Source of the DNA: Pseudomonadota bacterium
GTDB lineage: Bacteria > Myxococcota > JACRCW01 > JAFGSX01
DNA: 64,000 nt
Direction: 5' to 3'
Assembly: GCA_043821645.1 (NCBI GenBank)
Contig: JBDRCO010000046.1
Location: forward strand, 32,001 to 96,000
Shown: one piece after another, positions 38,636 to 48,958 of the stretch
Numbering within the stretch: the first letter of the stretch is position 1
Layout of the letters: every line of letters begins with the position of its first letter
Made by a program: the position numbers and the translations under genes
Notes under the pieces: model-generated
Told to the model about the DNA's origin: nothing
The model's database searches: none
What the model saw: the letters and a program-made list of their open reading frames with translations, nothing else

Positions 38636-39934
38636 ATGTCCCGGGCTGCTGTGCTGATGGCTCTGCTGTGGCTGGTCGCCTGTGAACGCACCCTGGCCGT
38701 GCGCACCGTGGAGCCGCCCGGCGTGCAGCCCGTGGCGGTCGAGCTACCGGCTGACGACAAGGGCGAGGTTGGATGGTACCCCGCGCTGCGCCGCGGGAGC
38801 ACCGGTACGCTGCACCTGGCCTACTGCGACAAGAGCAACGGGGATGTGCGCTACGGGCGCCGCGGCGACGATGGCGTGTTGCGACTGGAGACCGTGGCCG
38901 CCTACGGCGCGGTGGGCAAGTACATCGCCCTGGCCGTGGACGACGCGGACCAGCCGCACCTTCTGTATCACGACCAGGATACCAAGTACCTCAAGTACAC
39001 CCTGCGCCAGGCTGAGGGCTGGTTGCAGGTGCCGCGGGTCGAGGGTGAGCTGACCAGCCTGCCCGACGAGGCGGAGCGTCACGAGCGGCTGGCCTGGGGT
39101 GCCGAGGTCGGTATGGGCTCGCGCCTGCTGGTGCACCAGGGCATCGCCTATGCGCTGTACTACGCCAACCGCCGCGATGGCGGCCAGCTGTTCATGGCCG
39201 TGCGCAAGCCGCTGAGCGAGGCGCCCTTTGGCAGCGAGGGGGCCTGGCACGAGGAGGAGATCGACCGCGCCGATGGCTCGTGGTCGATCTGGACAGACCT
39301 GGTGATATCCGGTGACCAGCTGGTGGCGAGCTATCCGCACTGGAACTGGGTGGACAGCGAGCTGCGCCTGGCCCAGCGGCCCCTCGCCGGGGGGGCCTGG
39401 TCGGTGCGGGTGGCGTACCCGCTCAAGAAGATGACACCCGGCTGGATGTCGAGCCTGGTGCCGACGCCGGACCAGGGCCTGTGGATGGCCTTCACCGGGC
39501 TGCGCCGCGAGCGCATCTTCGTGGGTCCGGTCCCGGTTGACGACGACATGGTCGACACGCCGGTCCTGGGTTACTTCATCAATCGCATCCGCATGAAGCG
39601 CGCTGGCAACGGCGATTTCGTGCTGGCGGCGGCCGAGACCGGCAAGGGCAGCCTGGGGGACAGCATCCTGGCGCTGTTCCGTCGCCACGACGGGCAATGG
39701 ACGCGGTATCCCGTCGACACCCGTCGCCCCGTGGCGAGTCAGATGGACCTCGCGGTGACGCCGGAGGGCAAGGCCATCATCCTGTATTACGGGGACGGCA
39801 CCCGGGGCCTGTGGCTGTACGACGAGAGCCAGTCCACCCGCGTCGAGGACTCCCGCCCCGCTCCCGCGAGCGCGCCGTCATCCCGGCCCGCGTCACAACC
39901 GGCGTCGCAGCCGGCCTCGCGACCTAGTCGTTGA
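38636..39934 (+). CDS. Lipoprotein, probable beta-propeller
   Basis: MSRAAVLMALLWLVAC lipobox after AAGGAG; blade repeats VGWYPAL/VGKYIAL..HLLY..D. Confidence 0.75.
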   Translation: MSRAAVLMALLWLVACERTLAVRTVEPPGVQPVAVELPADDKGEVGWYPALRRGSTGTLHLAYCDKSNGDVRYGRRGDDGVLRLETVAAYGAVGKYIALAVDDADQPHLLYHDQDTKYLKYTLRQAEGWLQVPRVEGELTSLPDEAERHERLAWGAEVGMGSRLLVHQGIAYALYYANRRDGGQLFMAVRKPLSEAPFGSEGAWHEEEIDRADGSWSIWTDLVISGDQLVASYPHWNWVDSELRLAQRPLAGGAWSVRVAYPLKKMTPGWMSSLVPTPDQGLWMAFTGLRRERIFVGPVPVDDDMVDTPVLGYFINRIRMKRAGNGDFVLAAAETGKGSLGDSILALFRRHDGQWTRYPVDTRRPVASQMDLAVTPEGKAIILYYGDGTRGLWLYDESQSTRVEDSRPAPASAPSSRPASQPASQPASRPSR

Positions 39935-40925
39935 CCACGGCGCCCTTGACCGATGGGGCTGCGCCGCTCTTGGCAGGCTTTTTCTTGGCCTTGTCCAGGG
40001 TCTCGGTGCGGGGCAGCAGGGGCACGATCTCGATCTCGGCGATGTAGGTGTCGTCTTCCTTGTCACCCAGGTAGACGCTGTCGAGCTTGATGATCAGGTT
40101 CAGGGCCTTGCGCCGCTTGAGCTTGAAGTAGCGGAACTCGGGCTTGTTCTCGAAGGCCAGCTCCTCGGTGTCGCCGGCGATGTCGATGCCGAGGTCCGAG
40201 AAGTCCAGGGCCGAGGCCTCGTCACCCACGTCGGACTCGGTCTGGATCTCCAGGGTCGCCCGGTGTACCCGGTTGGCTCGCTTGAAGGCCTTGTCGTCGG
40301 TGTTCTTGCCCGGGAACATGCCGAGCAGCCCCACGCCGATGGGTCGCGCCAGCTTGAGCGTGATGCTCTCGCCCACACCCGTGCCGCCGACACCCTCGGC
40401 CCAGGCCGTGTCCAGGTCGTTGTCGATGGCGTTGGAGGCATAGGCCGAGCCGCCCTTCATGGTCGTGGTGGCCGAGGCCTTGAGGTTGCGCAGCGCTGAG
40501 CGCTCGTGGCCATTGAACACGAACTGCTCGCCGTACTTCCACTCGAGCAGCCGCTCCTCGTCGCCCGCGGCACTGGACCGCACCAGGGTCAGCTCCAGCT
40601 GGCCTTTTTGACCCGCCAGTTCACTGGCGTAGGTGCTGTCGAAGAACACGTGAAACACCGGTCGCCAGGCTCCGCCCGTGGGCTTGAGCACCAGCAGGCC
40701 GCCCTCGGGTGTGGCACTGGAACTCGAGGTGCGGTAGGCCACCGCCACCTCGTCCACCCTGTCCTCATCGAGATCGGCGGTCACCACCGAGGTGACGCGG
40801 AAGTTCTCGGACAGGGCTCGGTATTCTGGCGTGGATTTATAGTCGTCGCTGGCCGCACGGGTGGACGCCGCCGCCAGGACGGTCATCAGCACGCTTGCGT
40901 ATCCTATGGCGTCTCGCGCACGCAT
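39924..40925 (-). CDS. Secreted protein with discoidin/F5-8-like (NADase-type glycan-binding) domain
   Basis: Signal peptide; SNAIDNDLDTAWAEGVGGTGVGESITL..NR..DSVYLG..DTYIAEIEI. Confidence 0.7.
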   Translation of the reverse strand: MRARDAIGYASVLMTVLAAASTRAASDDYKSTPEYRALSENFRVTSVVTADLDEDRVDEVAVAYRTSSSSATPEGGLLVLKPTGGAWRPVFHVFFDSTYASELAGQKGQLELTLVRSSAAGDEERLLEWKYGEQFVFNGHERSALRNLKASATTTMKGGSAYASNAIDNDLDTAWAEGVGGTGVGESITLKLARPIGVGLLGMFPGKNTDDKAFKRANRVHRATLEIQTESDVGDEASALDFSDLGIDIAGDTEELAFENKPEFRYFKLKRRKALNLIIKLDSVYLGDKEDDTYIAEIEIVPLLPRTETLDKAKKKPAKSGAAPSVKGAVVND

Positions 40926-40989
40926 GACAAATGCGGGGCCTCCCGCGACTTCACGGTACGTGAGGTGCCGCAGCGAGTCAATTTTATGC

Positions 40990-41604
40990 CTACCACCAGA
41001 CGGTGCGGGCCGATCGAGTTGTGATCATACGCACGGGTTGCAGGAACAGGTCGCGGTCACCGTAGCGGGATCGCCGCACCGCCTCGCCGGTGAGGACAGG
41101 GCGCTCCAGCCAGCAGGGAAGCAGCAGCTCGCCATCGTGCCCCAGGGGCGCAAGGAGAAGGGGATCCAGCTGCCGCAGCGCCTGGCGACACAGCCGGGCC
41201 ACCTGCTGCGCCTGGGCCCGGTGGCTCGCGTCGTGGTGGCGGTGGGCCGGGTCCAGCGCGCCTGTGCCGCGGGCGCCGATGTGCCACAGTTCGTGCACCA
41301 GGGTGCGCAGTCTGTCCTCGACGCCACCGTGGCGAAACCACGGCGGGCGCAGGGTCAGCTCGAACTGCCGACGCTGGCCGCGCACCACGACCCGCGCGGT
41401 GGCGACGCCCTCGACGAGGGAGCGGATGGAGGCCCGGGCCGGTCCGCGCGCCTGTCCGTGCACCACCAGCAGGGTCGAGGCATCGATGTGCGCCAGGGCC
41501 CCGATCTCGCGGCTCAGGCTGTCGAGGAGCTTGTCCAGGGCGGGTCCCAGCTGCGGGCGAGGATCCGGGTCTCCGAGCTGGGGTCGCGGTCGCACCGTGG
41601 CCAT
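40990..41604 (-). CDS. Putative HEXXH metallopeptidase
   Basis: RLRTLVHELWHI; GGAG RBS before ATG at 41604. Confidence 0.65.
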   Translation of the reverse strand: MATVRPRPQLGDPDPRPQLGPALDKLLDSLSREIGALAHIDASTLLVVHGQARGPARASIRSLVEGVATARVVVRGQRRQFELTLRPPWFRHGGVEDRLRTLVHELWHIGARGTGALDPAHRHHDASHRAQAQQVARLCRQALRQLDPLLLAPLGHDGELLLPCWLERPVLTGEAVRRSRYGDRDLFLQPVRMITTRSARTVWW

Positions 41605-41775
41605 GGGCGGGGTCTCCTGTCGCGCTGTCCTTGTATCACGTCGTGGCCCGCGCTGCCTCGCAGGCGACGGGAAGGGATGCTCGCGGTGACTCTCGCGACC
41701 TTGACTTGAACGGGTCTGGCCGCTACGGGTAAGCGCATCGCCTCTCAGGCGGCGTCCATCACAGGAGATCGCGCG

Positions 41776-42762
41776 ATGCATTTTCCCGACTACCGTCCTC
41801 GTCGCATGCGGCGAACCGAGACCCTGCGGCGCATGGTGCGCGAGACCCGGCTGTCCGCCGACAATCTGGTGCTGCCGCTGTTCGTGGTGCCCGGTCAGGG
41901 TGTGGAGCAGGCGGTGGCGTCGATGCCCGGCGTCCGTCGCGGCTCCCCCGACAAGGTTGCGGAGCAGGCCGCGACGGCCTTCGACGCGGGCGTGCCGGCG
42001 GTCATCCTGTTCGGTATCCCGGACCACAAGGATGCCCAGGGCAGCTCGGCCTGGGACGACGAGGGCGTCGTGCAGCAGGCCATCCGCCGCATCAAGAAGG
42101 TGCGGCCCGAGGGCGTGGTGATCACCGATGTGTGCATGTGTGAGTACACCGACCACGGCCATTGCGGGCAGATCACGCGCGGCCCGGGCGGCCAGCTCAT
42201 GGTCGACAACGATGCCACCCTCGAGCTGCTGGCGAACGAGGCCCTGAGCCACGCCAAGGCCGGCGCTGACATCGTGGCACCGTCGGACATGATGGACGGC
42301 CGGGTCGGTTTCCTGCGCGAGGCCCTCGACGAGAAGGGCTTCGACCAGGTGGCGATCATGGCGTATGCGGCCAAGTACGCCTCGGCCTTCTACGGCCCCT
42401 TTCGCGACGCTGCCGAGAGCGCGCCACAGGAGGGCGATCGCCGGGGCTATCAGATGGATCCCTGCAATGCCCTCGAGGCCATGCGCGAGATCGCGATGGA
42501 CATCGAGGAGGGCGCGGACCTGGTCATGGTCAAGCCGGCGCACACCTATCTGGACATCCTGTACGCCGCCCGGCAGGAATTTGACCACCCCCTGGCGGCG
42601 TACCACGTGTCGGGCGAGTACTCGATGATCTGCGCTGCGGCCGAGCGCGGCTGGCTGGACCTCGAGCGCGCCATGATGGAGGCTCTGTGCTCCATCCACC
42701 GCGCCGGTGCGGATCTGATCTTGACCTACTGGGCCGTGGAGGCGGCGAAGCGTCTGCGCTGA
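41776..42762 (+). CDS. hemB: Porphobilinogen synthase (Zn-type)
   Basis: RPRRMR, DVCMCEYTDHGHC, APSDMMDGRV, KYASAFYGPFRDA, YQMD, VMVKPA, YHVSGEY. Confidence 0.97.
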   Translation: MHFPDYRPRRMRRTETLRRMVRETRLSADNLVLPLFVVPGQGVEQAVASMPGVRRGSPDKVAEQAATAFDAGVPAVILFGIPDHKDAQGSSAWDDEGVVQQAIRRIKKVRPEGVVITDVCMCEYTDHGHCGQITRGPGGQLMVDNDATLELLANEALSHAKAGADIVAPSDMMDGRVGFLREALDEKGFDQVAIMAYAAKYASAFYGPFRDAAESAPQEGDRRGYQMDPCNALEAMREIAMDIEEGADLVMVKPAHTYLDILYAARQEFDHPLAAYHVSGEYSMICAAAERGWLDLERAMMEALCSIHRAGADLILTYWAVEAAKRLR

Positions 42763-42780
42763 GGCCGAGGGTCCTGCCCC

Positions 42781-42984
42781 ATGATGTTCACGGAATTCAA
42801 GGTTGTCGAGTGCATGACCGTCACCGACGATATCCTGGAAGAGGTGCTCAACACCTGGTCGCGCAAGGGCTGGGTTTTTGACACCCTGAGCTTCGTGCCC
42901 AACGAGGGCAGCAAGCGACCCAAGATGGCCTTCGTGATCTTCACGCGGCAGGTCGAGGCGCCGGACGAAAAGGGGGCAGCGTGA
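42781..42984 (+). CDS. DUF4177-like small protein
   Basis: EFKVVE..LEEVLNTWSRKGW..FVIFTR pattern. Confidence 0.7.
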   Translation: MMFTEFKVVECMTVTDDILEEVLNTWSRKGWVFDTLSFVPNEGSKRPKMAFVIFTRQVEAPDEKGAA

Positions 42985-43853
42985 ACGAGCGCGAGCCAGA
43001 GGGCGTCGAGCAGACCGCCGACGAGCGCCAGGCTCCGGAACAGGCGGCTTCCGAGGTGGGGAGCAGCGGGGACAGCCCCGGCACCGAGGTCCGCGCAACC
43101 GATGGCGGAGCCGCCGAGCCATCCGTCGAGCAGCCGGCCGCAGACGGTGAGGACGCGCCCACGGCCGGGGCCGAGCCAGACGATGTCGCCGAGACGGAAC
43201 AGGACAGCCAGCCCCTGCACCTGCGGGGCCCGAACGGACGCTTCGAGCTTGTCACCGCTGAGGATTTTGTCCGTCGCAGCACCGCGCTGGGTGACCGCAC
43301 AGCGGGTTTCAGCGACGAGGCCGGGGCGCCGGGCTCGGGTCCGGGCCAGGCGCGGCGCCCGCGGTCGCCCCGGTCGGCAGCGGATCCCAGCCGCGCGGAT
43401 CTGCGCCGCCGGGTGCTGGCGCGCGCCATCGACGTGGCGATCTTTGCCCTGCTCTCCGAGAGCATCACCTACGTCGGACCACTGGTGGCCCTGGTCTACC
43501 TGCTGCTGGCCGATGGCCTGTTCGACGGCGCGTCCGTGGGCAAGCGTCTCACCAAGCTGCAGGTGGTGCGGGGGCGCGACGGCAAACCCGCCAGCGTGTT
43601 CGACTCGCTGCTGCGAAACGCACCGCTCGGGATCGCGGGCCTGTTCGTGCTCATCCCGCTCATCGGCTGGGCGCTGTTCCTGACCCTTGGCATGGCCGTG
43701 GTGCTGTTCGAAGGCTACATGGTGTTCAATGATCCCAAGGGTGTACGTGCTGGCGATATCCTTGCCGGCACCCAGGTCCGGGACAGCGCGCCCGCGCTGA
43801 ACGCCTCGAGTCCCGGGGGGCCCCCACCGCTGCCAGGTTCCCGCGACGCCTGA
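42981..43853 (+). CDS. RDD family membrane protein
   Basis: RRVLARAID, GASVGKRLTKLQVV, LLRN, RAGDILAGTQV. Confidence 0.85.
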   Translation: MNEREPEGVEQTADERQAPEQAASEVGSSGDSPGTEVRATDGGAAEPSVEQPAADGEDAPTAGAEPDDVAETEQDSQPLHLRGPNGRFELVTAEDFVRRSTALGDRTAGFSDEAGAPGSGPGQARRPRSPRSAADPSRADLRRRVLARAIDVAIFALLSESITYVGPLVALVYLLLADGLFDGASVGKRLTKLQVVRGRDGKPASVFDSLLRNAPLGIAGLFVLIPLIGWALFLTLGMAVVLFEGYMVFNDPKGVRAGDILAGTQVRDSAPALNASSPGGPPPLPGSRDA

Positions 43854-43870
43854 TCACGAGCACGCGCAGG

Positions 43871-45175
43871 TCACGAACGGCCACCCGAGAGCACGGCGGC
43901 AGGGTCCTGCTGCGCGGCGCGGCGGGCGGGCCCGAGCCCACCCAGCCAGGCGGCGAGCAGGGCGGCGCCCAGCGGCAGTGCCACCACCCAGGGGTCCCAG
44001 GCCACCAGCCTCGTCAGCTCGAAGGGCGAGCCCGCGAGCTGCGCGCGGAGCATGTTCGATGCGGCCAGGGCGCCCCCCAGACCCGCGGCCTCGCCGAGGA
44101 GTCCGCCCAGCACGCCCACGATCAGGGCTTCTCCGGCGAGGAGCCAGCGGATCTGCCGCCGGGTCGCCCCCAGCGCGCGCAGCAGCGCGATCTCGCGACG
44201 CCGGATGCGCGCCCTGGCCTCGAAGGTCTGCGCGGTGTGCAGGGCCGCCACCACGAGGATGAGGGCGGCAATCAGCGACAGCAGTGCCGTCACACCCCGG
44301 ATCAGGGCACCGGCAACCCGCGCGCTGTCGTCGACACTGAGGCCCAGGGCATCGGCCTGGCGCACCACGGCGTCGACCTCGCGGGCGGACCGCGCCACCA
44401 CGTAGGCGGCGCTGTAGTGCACGGCGGTGCCCGACGCGAAGCGCTGGTTCCAGCGCTCCACCACAGCCAGGGGAAGGGTGATGCCGGCGAGCGGGACCTT
44501 GCCGGAGAGGCCCGCGACGCGTGCGATCACGCGATGGCGCGTTCCTCGTCGACCCGAGGCGTAGCTCTCGCCGAGAAACAGCTCGAACTCGAAGCCCTGG
44601 GCCACCTCCGCGGTGAGGCGCGGCGCGCCTATCGCGGGTGCCACGGTGCGGTTGTAAATCTGAAGCAGCTGCGTCGAGGCCAGCACCGGCACGGTCTCGA
44701 CGGCCCCCTCCGCGGGCGGGCCGCGATCGGCGAAGCGATCCTTGGGAACCTCGTCGGCGACGAAAGCCGGGTCCACGCCCACCGCAAACATGTCCATGTA
44801 GACGGTGCGCCCGAGGAAGTTCTGACCACCCTGGGCGCGCATGGGGAACTGCGCCGGGGTCAGGGGGTACACCGCCTGCACGCCCTCGATCCGTCGCAGG
44901 GCCTGTACCGCTGGCTCGTCCAGCGCCGGGGCCAGCAGGCTGCCGGCACCGAGTCGCAGCGGACCCAGGGCGACGCCAGCGCGGGGCTCGACCTTGACCA
45001 CGTTGACCGGCAGTCGCACCAGCAGATCGTCCAGCACGGCTCTCTCGACCCCGCGACCGAGAGACAGGAAGAAGGTGAGGGCCGCCACACCGGCTGCCAC
45101 GCCCAGGGTCGCGAGCACCACCTCGCGGCGGTCGCGCCGCAGATCGTCAAGAATGGCGCGCAGCACCGGCATCAT
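43871..45175 (-). CDS. ABC transporter permease (MacB/FtsX family)
   Basis: N-terminal TM, periplasmic domain, RRREIALLRALGAT, PARRAAQQDP. Confidence 0.88.
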   Translation of the reverse strand: MMPVLRAILDDLRRDRREVVLATLGVAAGVAALTFFLSLGRGVERAVLDDLLVRLPVNVVKVEPRAGVALGPLRLGAGSLLAPALDEPAVQALRRIEGVQAVYPLTPAQFPMRAQGGQNFLGRTVYMDMFAVGVDPAFVADEVPKDRFADRGPPAEGAVETVPVLASTQLLQIYNRTVAPAIGAPRLTAEVAQGFEFELFLGESYASGRRGTRHRVIARVAGLSGKVPLAGITLPLAVVERWNQRFASGTAVHYSAAYVVARSAREVDAVVRQADALGLSVDDSARVAGALIRGVTALLSLIAALILVVAALHTAQTFEARARIRRREIALLRALGATRRQIRWLLAGEALIVGVLGGLLGEAAGLGGALAASNMLRAQLAGSPFELTRLVAWDPWVVALPLGAALLAAWLGGLGPARRAAQQDPAAVLSGGRS

Positions 45176-45867
45176 GGCGTCGCCACCTCGCGATTCTCGA
45201 TCTCGGTCAGGCGCCCCTGGTGCAGGCGCAGGCACCGATCGGCGGCCCGGGCGAGCGACGGATCGTGAGTGGCCACCAGCACCACCGTGCCTTCGGTCGA
45301 CGCGGTCTCGCGCAGCAGCTCGAGGAGGCGCGCTCCGGTCTCACCATCCAGGTTGCCCGTGGGCTCGTCGGCGAGGAGCACCCGCGGCTGCCTCAGCAGG
45401 GCGCGCGCCAGGGCCACACGCTGGCGCTCGCCGCCGGACAGTGAACTTGGCGCATCGGCGGTCCGCGATTGAAGCCCCACGCGTTCGAGCAGGTGCAGGG
45501 CGTGTTCGCGCAGGCGCTGGCGCACCGCTGTGTCGTCAAAGCGGCCGGCGAGCAGCACGTTGTCCAGGGCGCTGAGGTGGTCGAGCAGGTGAAAGTCCTG
45601 GAACATGAAGCCCACGGTGTCTCGCCGGTAGCGGGCCAGCTCGGGCTCGGTGCGATCGCGCAGGGCCACACCCGCGACCTCGACCTCGCCGCTGAAGGCG
45701 CTGTCGAGACCGCCCAGGATGTGCAGCAGGGTGGTCTTGCCCGCACCCGAGGTGCCGAGCACCGCGCACAGCGTGCCCGCCACCACGTCGAGGAACACCC
45801 CATCGAGGACGTCGCGCGGCGCGCCGTCGCGCGTGTAGTGCTTGCGCAGTTCGCGCAGACGGATCAC
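45172..45867 (-). CDS. ABC transporter ATP-binding protein (LolD/MacB-like)
   Basis: GTSGAGKTT, LSGGERQRVA, LLADEPTGNLD, VATHD. Confidence 0.93.
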   Translation of the reverse strand: MIRLRELRKHYTRDGAPRDVLDGVFLDVVAGTLCAVLGTSGAGKTTLLHILGGLDSAFSGEVEVAGVALRDRTEPELARYRRDTVGFMFQDFHLLDHLSALDNVLLAGRFDDTAVRQRLREHALHLLERVGLQSRTADAPSSLSGGERQRVALARALLRQPRVLLADEPTGNLDGETGARLLELLRETASTEGTVVLVATHDPSLARAADRCLRLHQGRLTEIENREVATP

Positions 45868-47504
45868 GGAGTGGTTCTCGGCTCGGATGGCGCCTCCACG
45901 CGCAGCCGGAGCCGCAGCTGATCGCCCTCGATCTGCAGGTGCGCCGCGAGCTGTCCGAGGGCCGCCAGGGGGCCGGCAGCCTTGACCAGGGTCGAGCGCA
46001 GCGCAGGATCGGGGAACTCCGGCATGTCGCTGAGCTGGCGCAGGCGGTCCGCGAGGGCGCGGAAGGACAGGTAGAGGCGGCCGCCACGTTCGGCTTCGAG
46101 CAGCTCGCGAAGTCCCTCGGATAGCCCCTCGCGCAGTCCGCCCCCGGCCGTGCCAGCCCGGCGCTGGACCCAGGCGTCGAAGCGTTCGGCCGGCGCGTTG
46201 CCCACCAGCAAGTGGTGCTCGCGCACGGCATAGTGAAAGTCCTGATGGCTGCCGTCGCTTCCCGCCATGCTGGCGGTGTGCACCTCGCCACCGGCGACGC
46301 TGCGTGCGCTTGGCTCCAGCTGCCGCTCGCGAAAGTAGGTATCGAGCGTGGCCAGTGCTCCGTCGCTGCCCTGGGGTGTCAGCTCGGCCACAGCCTCGAC
46401 CTGGAGCACGCGTCCGAGGACCTGTCCGATGCGTCGCGCCGAACCGAGGTGGCGGAGCAGGGGTGCCGGATCCTCGAGATACAGCACCACGCCCAGCCCA
46501 CCGGCCAGCCGACCCAGCACATCGCGGTTGAGATCCAGGCCGACCGAGCGCGCCAAGGCGTCGAGATCTCCGCGCCCGCGCTCCGCCTCGAGGCGTTGCA
46601 GCATCCGCGGGACGTCCGCGCTGCCGGCGGCAAGCAGCACGGCCTCCGCGCTCGCGCTGCGCAACAGGTCAGGAGGCTTCACCTGCGAGGCGAGCAAGGC
46701 CTGGGACTCCTTTGCCGCCTCGGGCCGGAGCCGCGCGCGTGCCTCCAGCCACAGCGCACCCTTGTCGACACCGAGACTGGCCACCGCGCCAGACACCTGC
46801 TTGGCCACCGCCTGCAGCTGTGCAGGAGCCGTGTTCTGGTCGCCGATCTGCGTCCACAGCAGCACCGCACCCTGACGCACCAGGGCGCGGTCTTCGGCAA
46901 AGGCCGCACTGCGCGCCAGGCTCTGCGCGGGCTGGGTCGCCAGGACCCGGCCCAGGGCCTCGCTGCCGGCATCGCCATTGGCCGCCAGCACCAGCTTCGA
47001 CGCCGGGTCGAGCACCAGCAGACCAAGCACCACCTCGCGATCGCCGAAGCTGCGTGCCAGGCGCAGGCCCGAACGCCCTGCCACCTGCACCTGGGTGACC
47101 TTGTCCGCACGCCACAGCTTCGTGGCCAGACCGCGGGCGTTCTCGAGCACGCGCGGCCCGTCGAGCATGGGCAACAGCCACACGGGCTCGCCGGCAACGG
47201 CCACCAGCGCGGCAGGGCGCGCGGGATCCAGGCCGGCCTGCTGCCAGCCCTCGACGGTGGTCGGGTCGAAACCGAGCGCCTGCTTGAGATCCTCGACCGC
47301 CTGCGCTCCCTCGGGCTGGCTCTGGGTCAGGTTCATGCCGCCGCGCAAGGCCACCGCCACGGCACCGAGCGGCTGCAACAGCACCACGGCACTGGCGTCG
47401 CCAGGAATGCTGTCCAGCAGCGAGGCCTCCGAGCGTGCGCAGCGCTGGCAGCCCGCGCTCCCCAGGACAAGCAGCACCAGCAAGGCTCGCCGTGCGCGCT
47501 TCAT
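45864..47504 (-). CDS. Lipoprotein (DUF3352-like), first gene of the ABC operon
   Basis: Lipobox GSAGC; LLDSIPGDASAVV, GLDPARP; overlaps ATPase gene. Confidence 0.6.
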   Translation of the reverse strand: MKRARRALLVLLVLGSAGCQRCARSEASLLDSIPGDASAVVLLQPLGAVAVALRGGMNLTQSQPEGAQAVEDLKQALGFDPTTVEGWQQAGLDPARPAALVAVAGEPVWLLPMLDGPRVLENARGLATKLWRADKVTQVQVAGRSGLRLARSFGDREVVLGLLVLDPASKLVLAANGDAGSEALGRVLATQPAQSLARSAAFAEDRALVRQGAVLLWTQIGDQNTAPAQLQAVAKQVSGAVASLGVDKGALWLEARARLRPEAAKESQALLASQVKPPDLLRSASAEAVLLAAGSADVPRMLQRLEAERGRGDLDALARSVGLDLNRDVLGRLAGGLGVVLYLEDPAPLLRHLGSARRIGQVLGRVLQVEAVAELTPQGSDGALATLDTYFRERQLEPSARSVAGGEVHTASMAGSDGSHQDFHYAVREHHLLVGNAPAERFDAWVQRRAGTAGGGLREGLSEGLRELLEAERGGRLYLSFRALADRLRQLSDMPEFPDPALRSTLVKAAGPLAALGQLAAHLQIEGDQLRLRLRVEAPSEPRTTP

Positions 47505-47540
47505 GTCGGATCTCCTCGACGGGACCTCAGGCCCGTGGTG

Positions 47541-48086
47541 TCAGGTCAGCAGCACGCCCTCTCGCGCCAGCAGCTGCACCTTGAGCTCGGTGCCCCCGGC
47601 AAAGCCGGTGAGTCCGCCGCTGTGTCCGACGACGCGGTGACATGGGATCAGGATGGGCAGGGGATTGGCGCTGCAGGCCTGGCCAACCGCGCGACTCGCC
47701 TGCGGCCGTCCGACCTCCTGCGCGACGTCCTGGTAGCTGCGCGTCTCGCCCCGCGGGATGCGGCCAATGGTGCTGAGCACCGCGCGCTCGAACTCGGTGA
47801 CGTCCATGTCCGTGGCCGGAAGCTCCACATCTCGACCCGCCAGGGCAAGCTCCAGGGCCTCCAGTGCAGGTTCCAGCCAGGGGGTCGGACCTCGCACGTG
47901 CACCATCTCGAGGTTGGCGTGGCGTTTCAGGAAGGGTGTGAGGACCTGCTCCACTGTGCCGCCCGGGAGCTGCAGGCGCGCCACCCCCCGCGCGGTGGCC
48001 GCCAGGATGATGGTCCCCAGTGCCGTCGAGTGCGTCAACACCTCGACCCGCAGCGGCTTGAGCACGGCCAGAAGGGAATCGTTCAT
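47541..48086 (-). CDS. ogt: Methylated-DNA--protein-cysteine methyltransferase
   Basis: IPRGETRSY, RAVGQAC..NP..IPCHRVV, GFAGG..K..LL..EG. Confidence 0.92.
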   Translation of the reverse strand: MNDSLLAVLKPLRVEVLTHSTALGTIILAATARGVARLQLPGGTVEQVLTPFLKRHANLEMVHVRGPTPWLEPALEALELALAGRDVELPATDMDVTEFERAVLSTIGRIPRGETRSYQDVAQEVGRPQASRAVGQACSANPLPILIPCHRVVGHSGGLTGFAGGTELKVQLLAREGVLLT

Positions 48087-48090
48087 CGGT

Positions 48091-48897
48091 TCACTCGCGA
48101 AATTGGACCAGCAGGGCCGTGATGTTGTCGTCCCCACCGCGACCGTTGGCGTACTTGATCATGACCTGCAGCACCTTGTCGAGCCGCTGGCGTGCGTCGT
48201 CAAGACTCCCATCGGGCAACCCGCTGCTCTGCACCAGGGGCTGCATCAGCTCGAACAGCTTGCGATCCGAGGCCTTGTCCGTGAGACCGTCCGAGCACAG
48301 CAGGAACAGGTCCTCGTTCTTGATCCGCAGCGTCGTGACGTCGGGCTCGACGTCGGGGGTGGAACCCATGGCGCGGGTGATGATGTTGCGCTCGGTGTGA
48401 CGATAGGCCGTATCCGGATCGAGCTGCCCGCCGTCGATGAGTTCGTTGACGTAGCTGTGATCGCGCGTCACCTGGCTGAGCTTGTCGCCGCGCAGCAGGT
48501 AGCAGCGGCTATCTCCGACGTGGGCAAGGTGGAGGTCGCGGCCGTGGCCCAGGATGGCGACGGCGGTGCTGCCCATGCCTGCAAGGGCCGGGTTGTGCAC
48601 GGCGGTATCGTAGACCTCCCGGTTGGCGGCGCGAATGGCGACATAGAGGCGGTTGGCTTCGGGCGTCAGATCGGCGCGCGGCGCGAAGGGGAGCGGCGCG
48701 GTGGTGCCGGCGCGGGTCGTGGTGATGAACTGGTCCATGCACTCGACCACCAGGCGACTGGCCAGCTCGCCACCCGCATGGCCCCCCATGCCGTCGGCGA
48801 CGACGAAGAACAGTTCGGCCGGGTTGGCCTTGAAGTTGTCCTCATTGATCTGTCGCTTGATACCGACGTCGGAGCGACAGGCCCAGATCGCACGCAT
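48091..48897 (-). CDS. PP2C-family Ser/Thr phosphatase
   Basis: SDVGIKRQINED, VADGMGGH, HVGDSRCY, LLCSDGL, GGDDNIT. Confidence 0.93.
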   Translation of the reverse strand: MRAIWACRSDVGIKRQINEDNFKANPAELFFVVADGMGGHAGGELASRLVVECMDQFITTTRAGTTAPLPFAPRADLTPEANRLYVAIRAANREVYDTAVHNPALAGMGSTAVAILGHGRDLHLAHVGDSRCYLLRGDKLSQVTRDHSYVNELIDGGQLDPDTAYRHTERNIITRAMGSTPDVEPDVTTLRIKNEDLFLLCSDGLTDKASDRKLFELMQPLVQSSGLPDGSLDDARQRLDKVLQVMIKYANGRGGDDNITALLVQFRE

Positions 48898-48958
48898 GGG
48901 CCGAGTCTAGCTCGATTCAAGGTGGAAGGGTCGACCTGTGTGTCGGACCCGGGGCCGG

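Noticed and set aside
39855-39925. Short tandem repeats encoding PASQPASQPASRP
   Set aside because: Low-complexity protein tail; not a CRISPR array or DNA repeat element
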